Assembly: GCA_002633005.1 (NCBI GenBank)
Contig: NMRA01000428.1
Span: forward strand, 359,814 to 395,804
Length of the DNA: 35,991 nucleotides
DNA from: Phoronis australis
Lineage: Eukaryota; Animalia; Phoronida
Direction of reading: 5' to 3'
The notes under the pieces were generated by a model. It ran no database searches. It was not told the DNA's origin and saw only the letters and a program-made list of their open reading frames with translations. The position numbers were made by a program, and so were the translations under genes. Positions 35,765 through 35,991 of this stretch are shown here, in pieces (positions within the stretch are counted from its first letter, which is position 1; each line of letters opens with the position of its first letter).

Positions 35765-35991
35765 GATGAATTTTCATATTATAGTTGAATGCGCTAAATT
35801 GTTTTTTAACATAATCATTGATGTGAACCCTAATGACCTTTGTACACCTGTATTGTTAATTTCACTCTGCAGTACATGTACACTTAGTGTACATGTACCA
35901 AAACACACGCTGACGACATGTCGTGAACACATCCACTAAAACAAGAAACTGTAGGAACACCGCATTTATCCACCTTCACTCTCATCAGGCT

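Noticed and set aside
1-35991. tRNA, rRNA, snRNA genes or a prokaryotic/viral operon
   Set aside because: No cloverleaf with A/B boxes, rRNA signature or gene-dense ORF organisation was recognisable by eye; a tRNAscan-SE/Infernal run would be needed to exclude them formally.

Overview
Eukaryotic (metazoan, probably marine invertebrate; inferred from the repeat families and AT-rich background) draft-scaffold window with four assembly gaps. I see no intact protein-coding gene, RNA gene or CRISPR array; it is a graveyard of transposons. In order: a decayed Ty3/Gypsy pol (1-1440, minus); two head-to-tail ~2 kb ISL2EU-like (PHIS group) non-autonomous DNA transposons joined at one shared AT (1878-6222); an internally deleted Academ-like transposase relic bracketed by inverted arrays of a ~300-bp dimeric tandem repeat (6890-10400, with a second fragment at 15547-16347); a TTAA-flanked Kolobok/KolobokP-like element with convergent THAP and P2X7-C-terminal-like N-termini (11770-13620); several MITE families (one with 5-bp TSDs); a 3' LINE fragment (22030-22830); a third AT-flanked THAP element (22868-24685); an ~81-bp-arm hairpin (25502-25685); and a ~4.3 kb tandem duplication across a single N (27047-35764) that is probably two alleles. 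The most striking signal comes from comparing duplicated copies: repeated, exact TA to TACATGTA 6-bp insertion polymorphisms, the classic Tc1/mariner excision footprint, at very high density. Family assignments come from motif recognition by eye, not from database searches.
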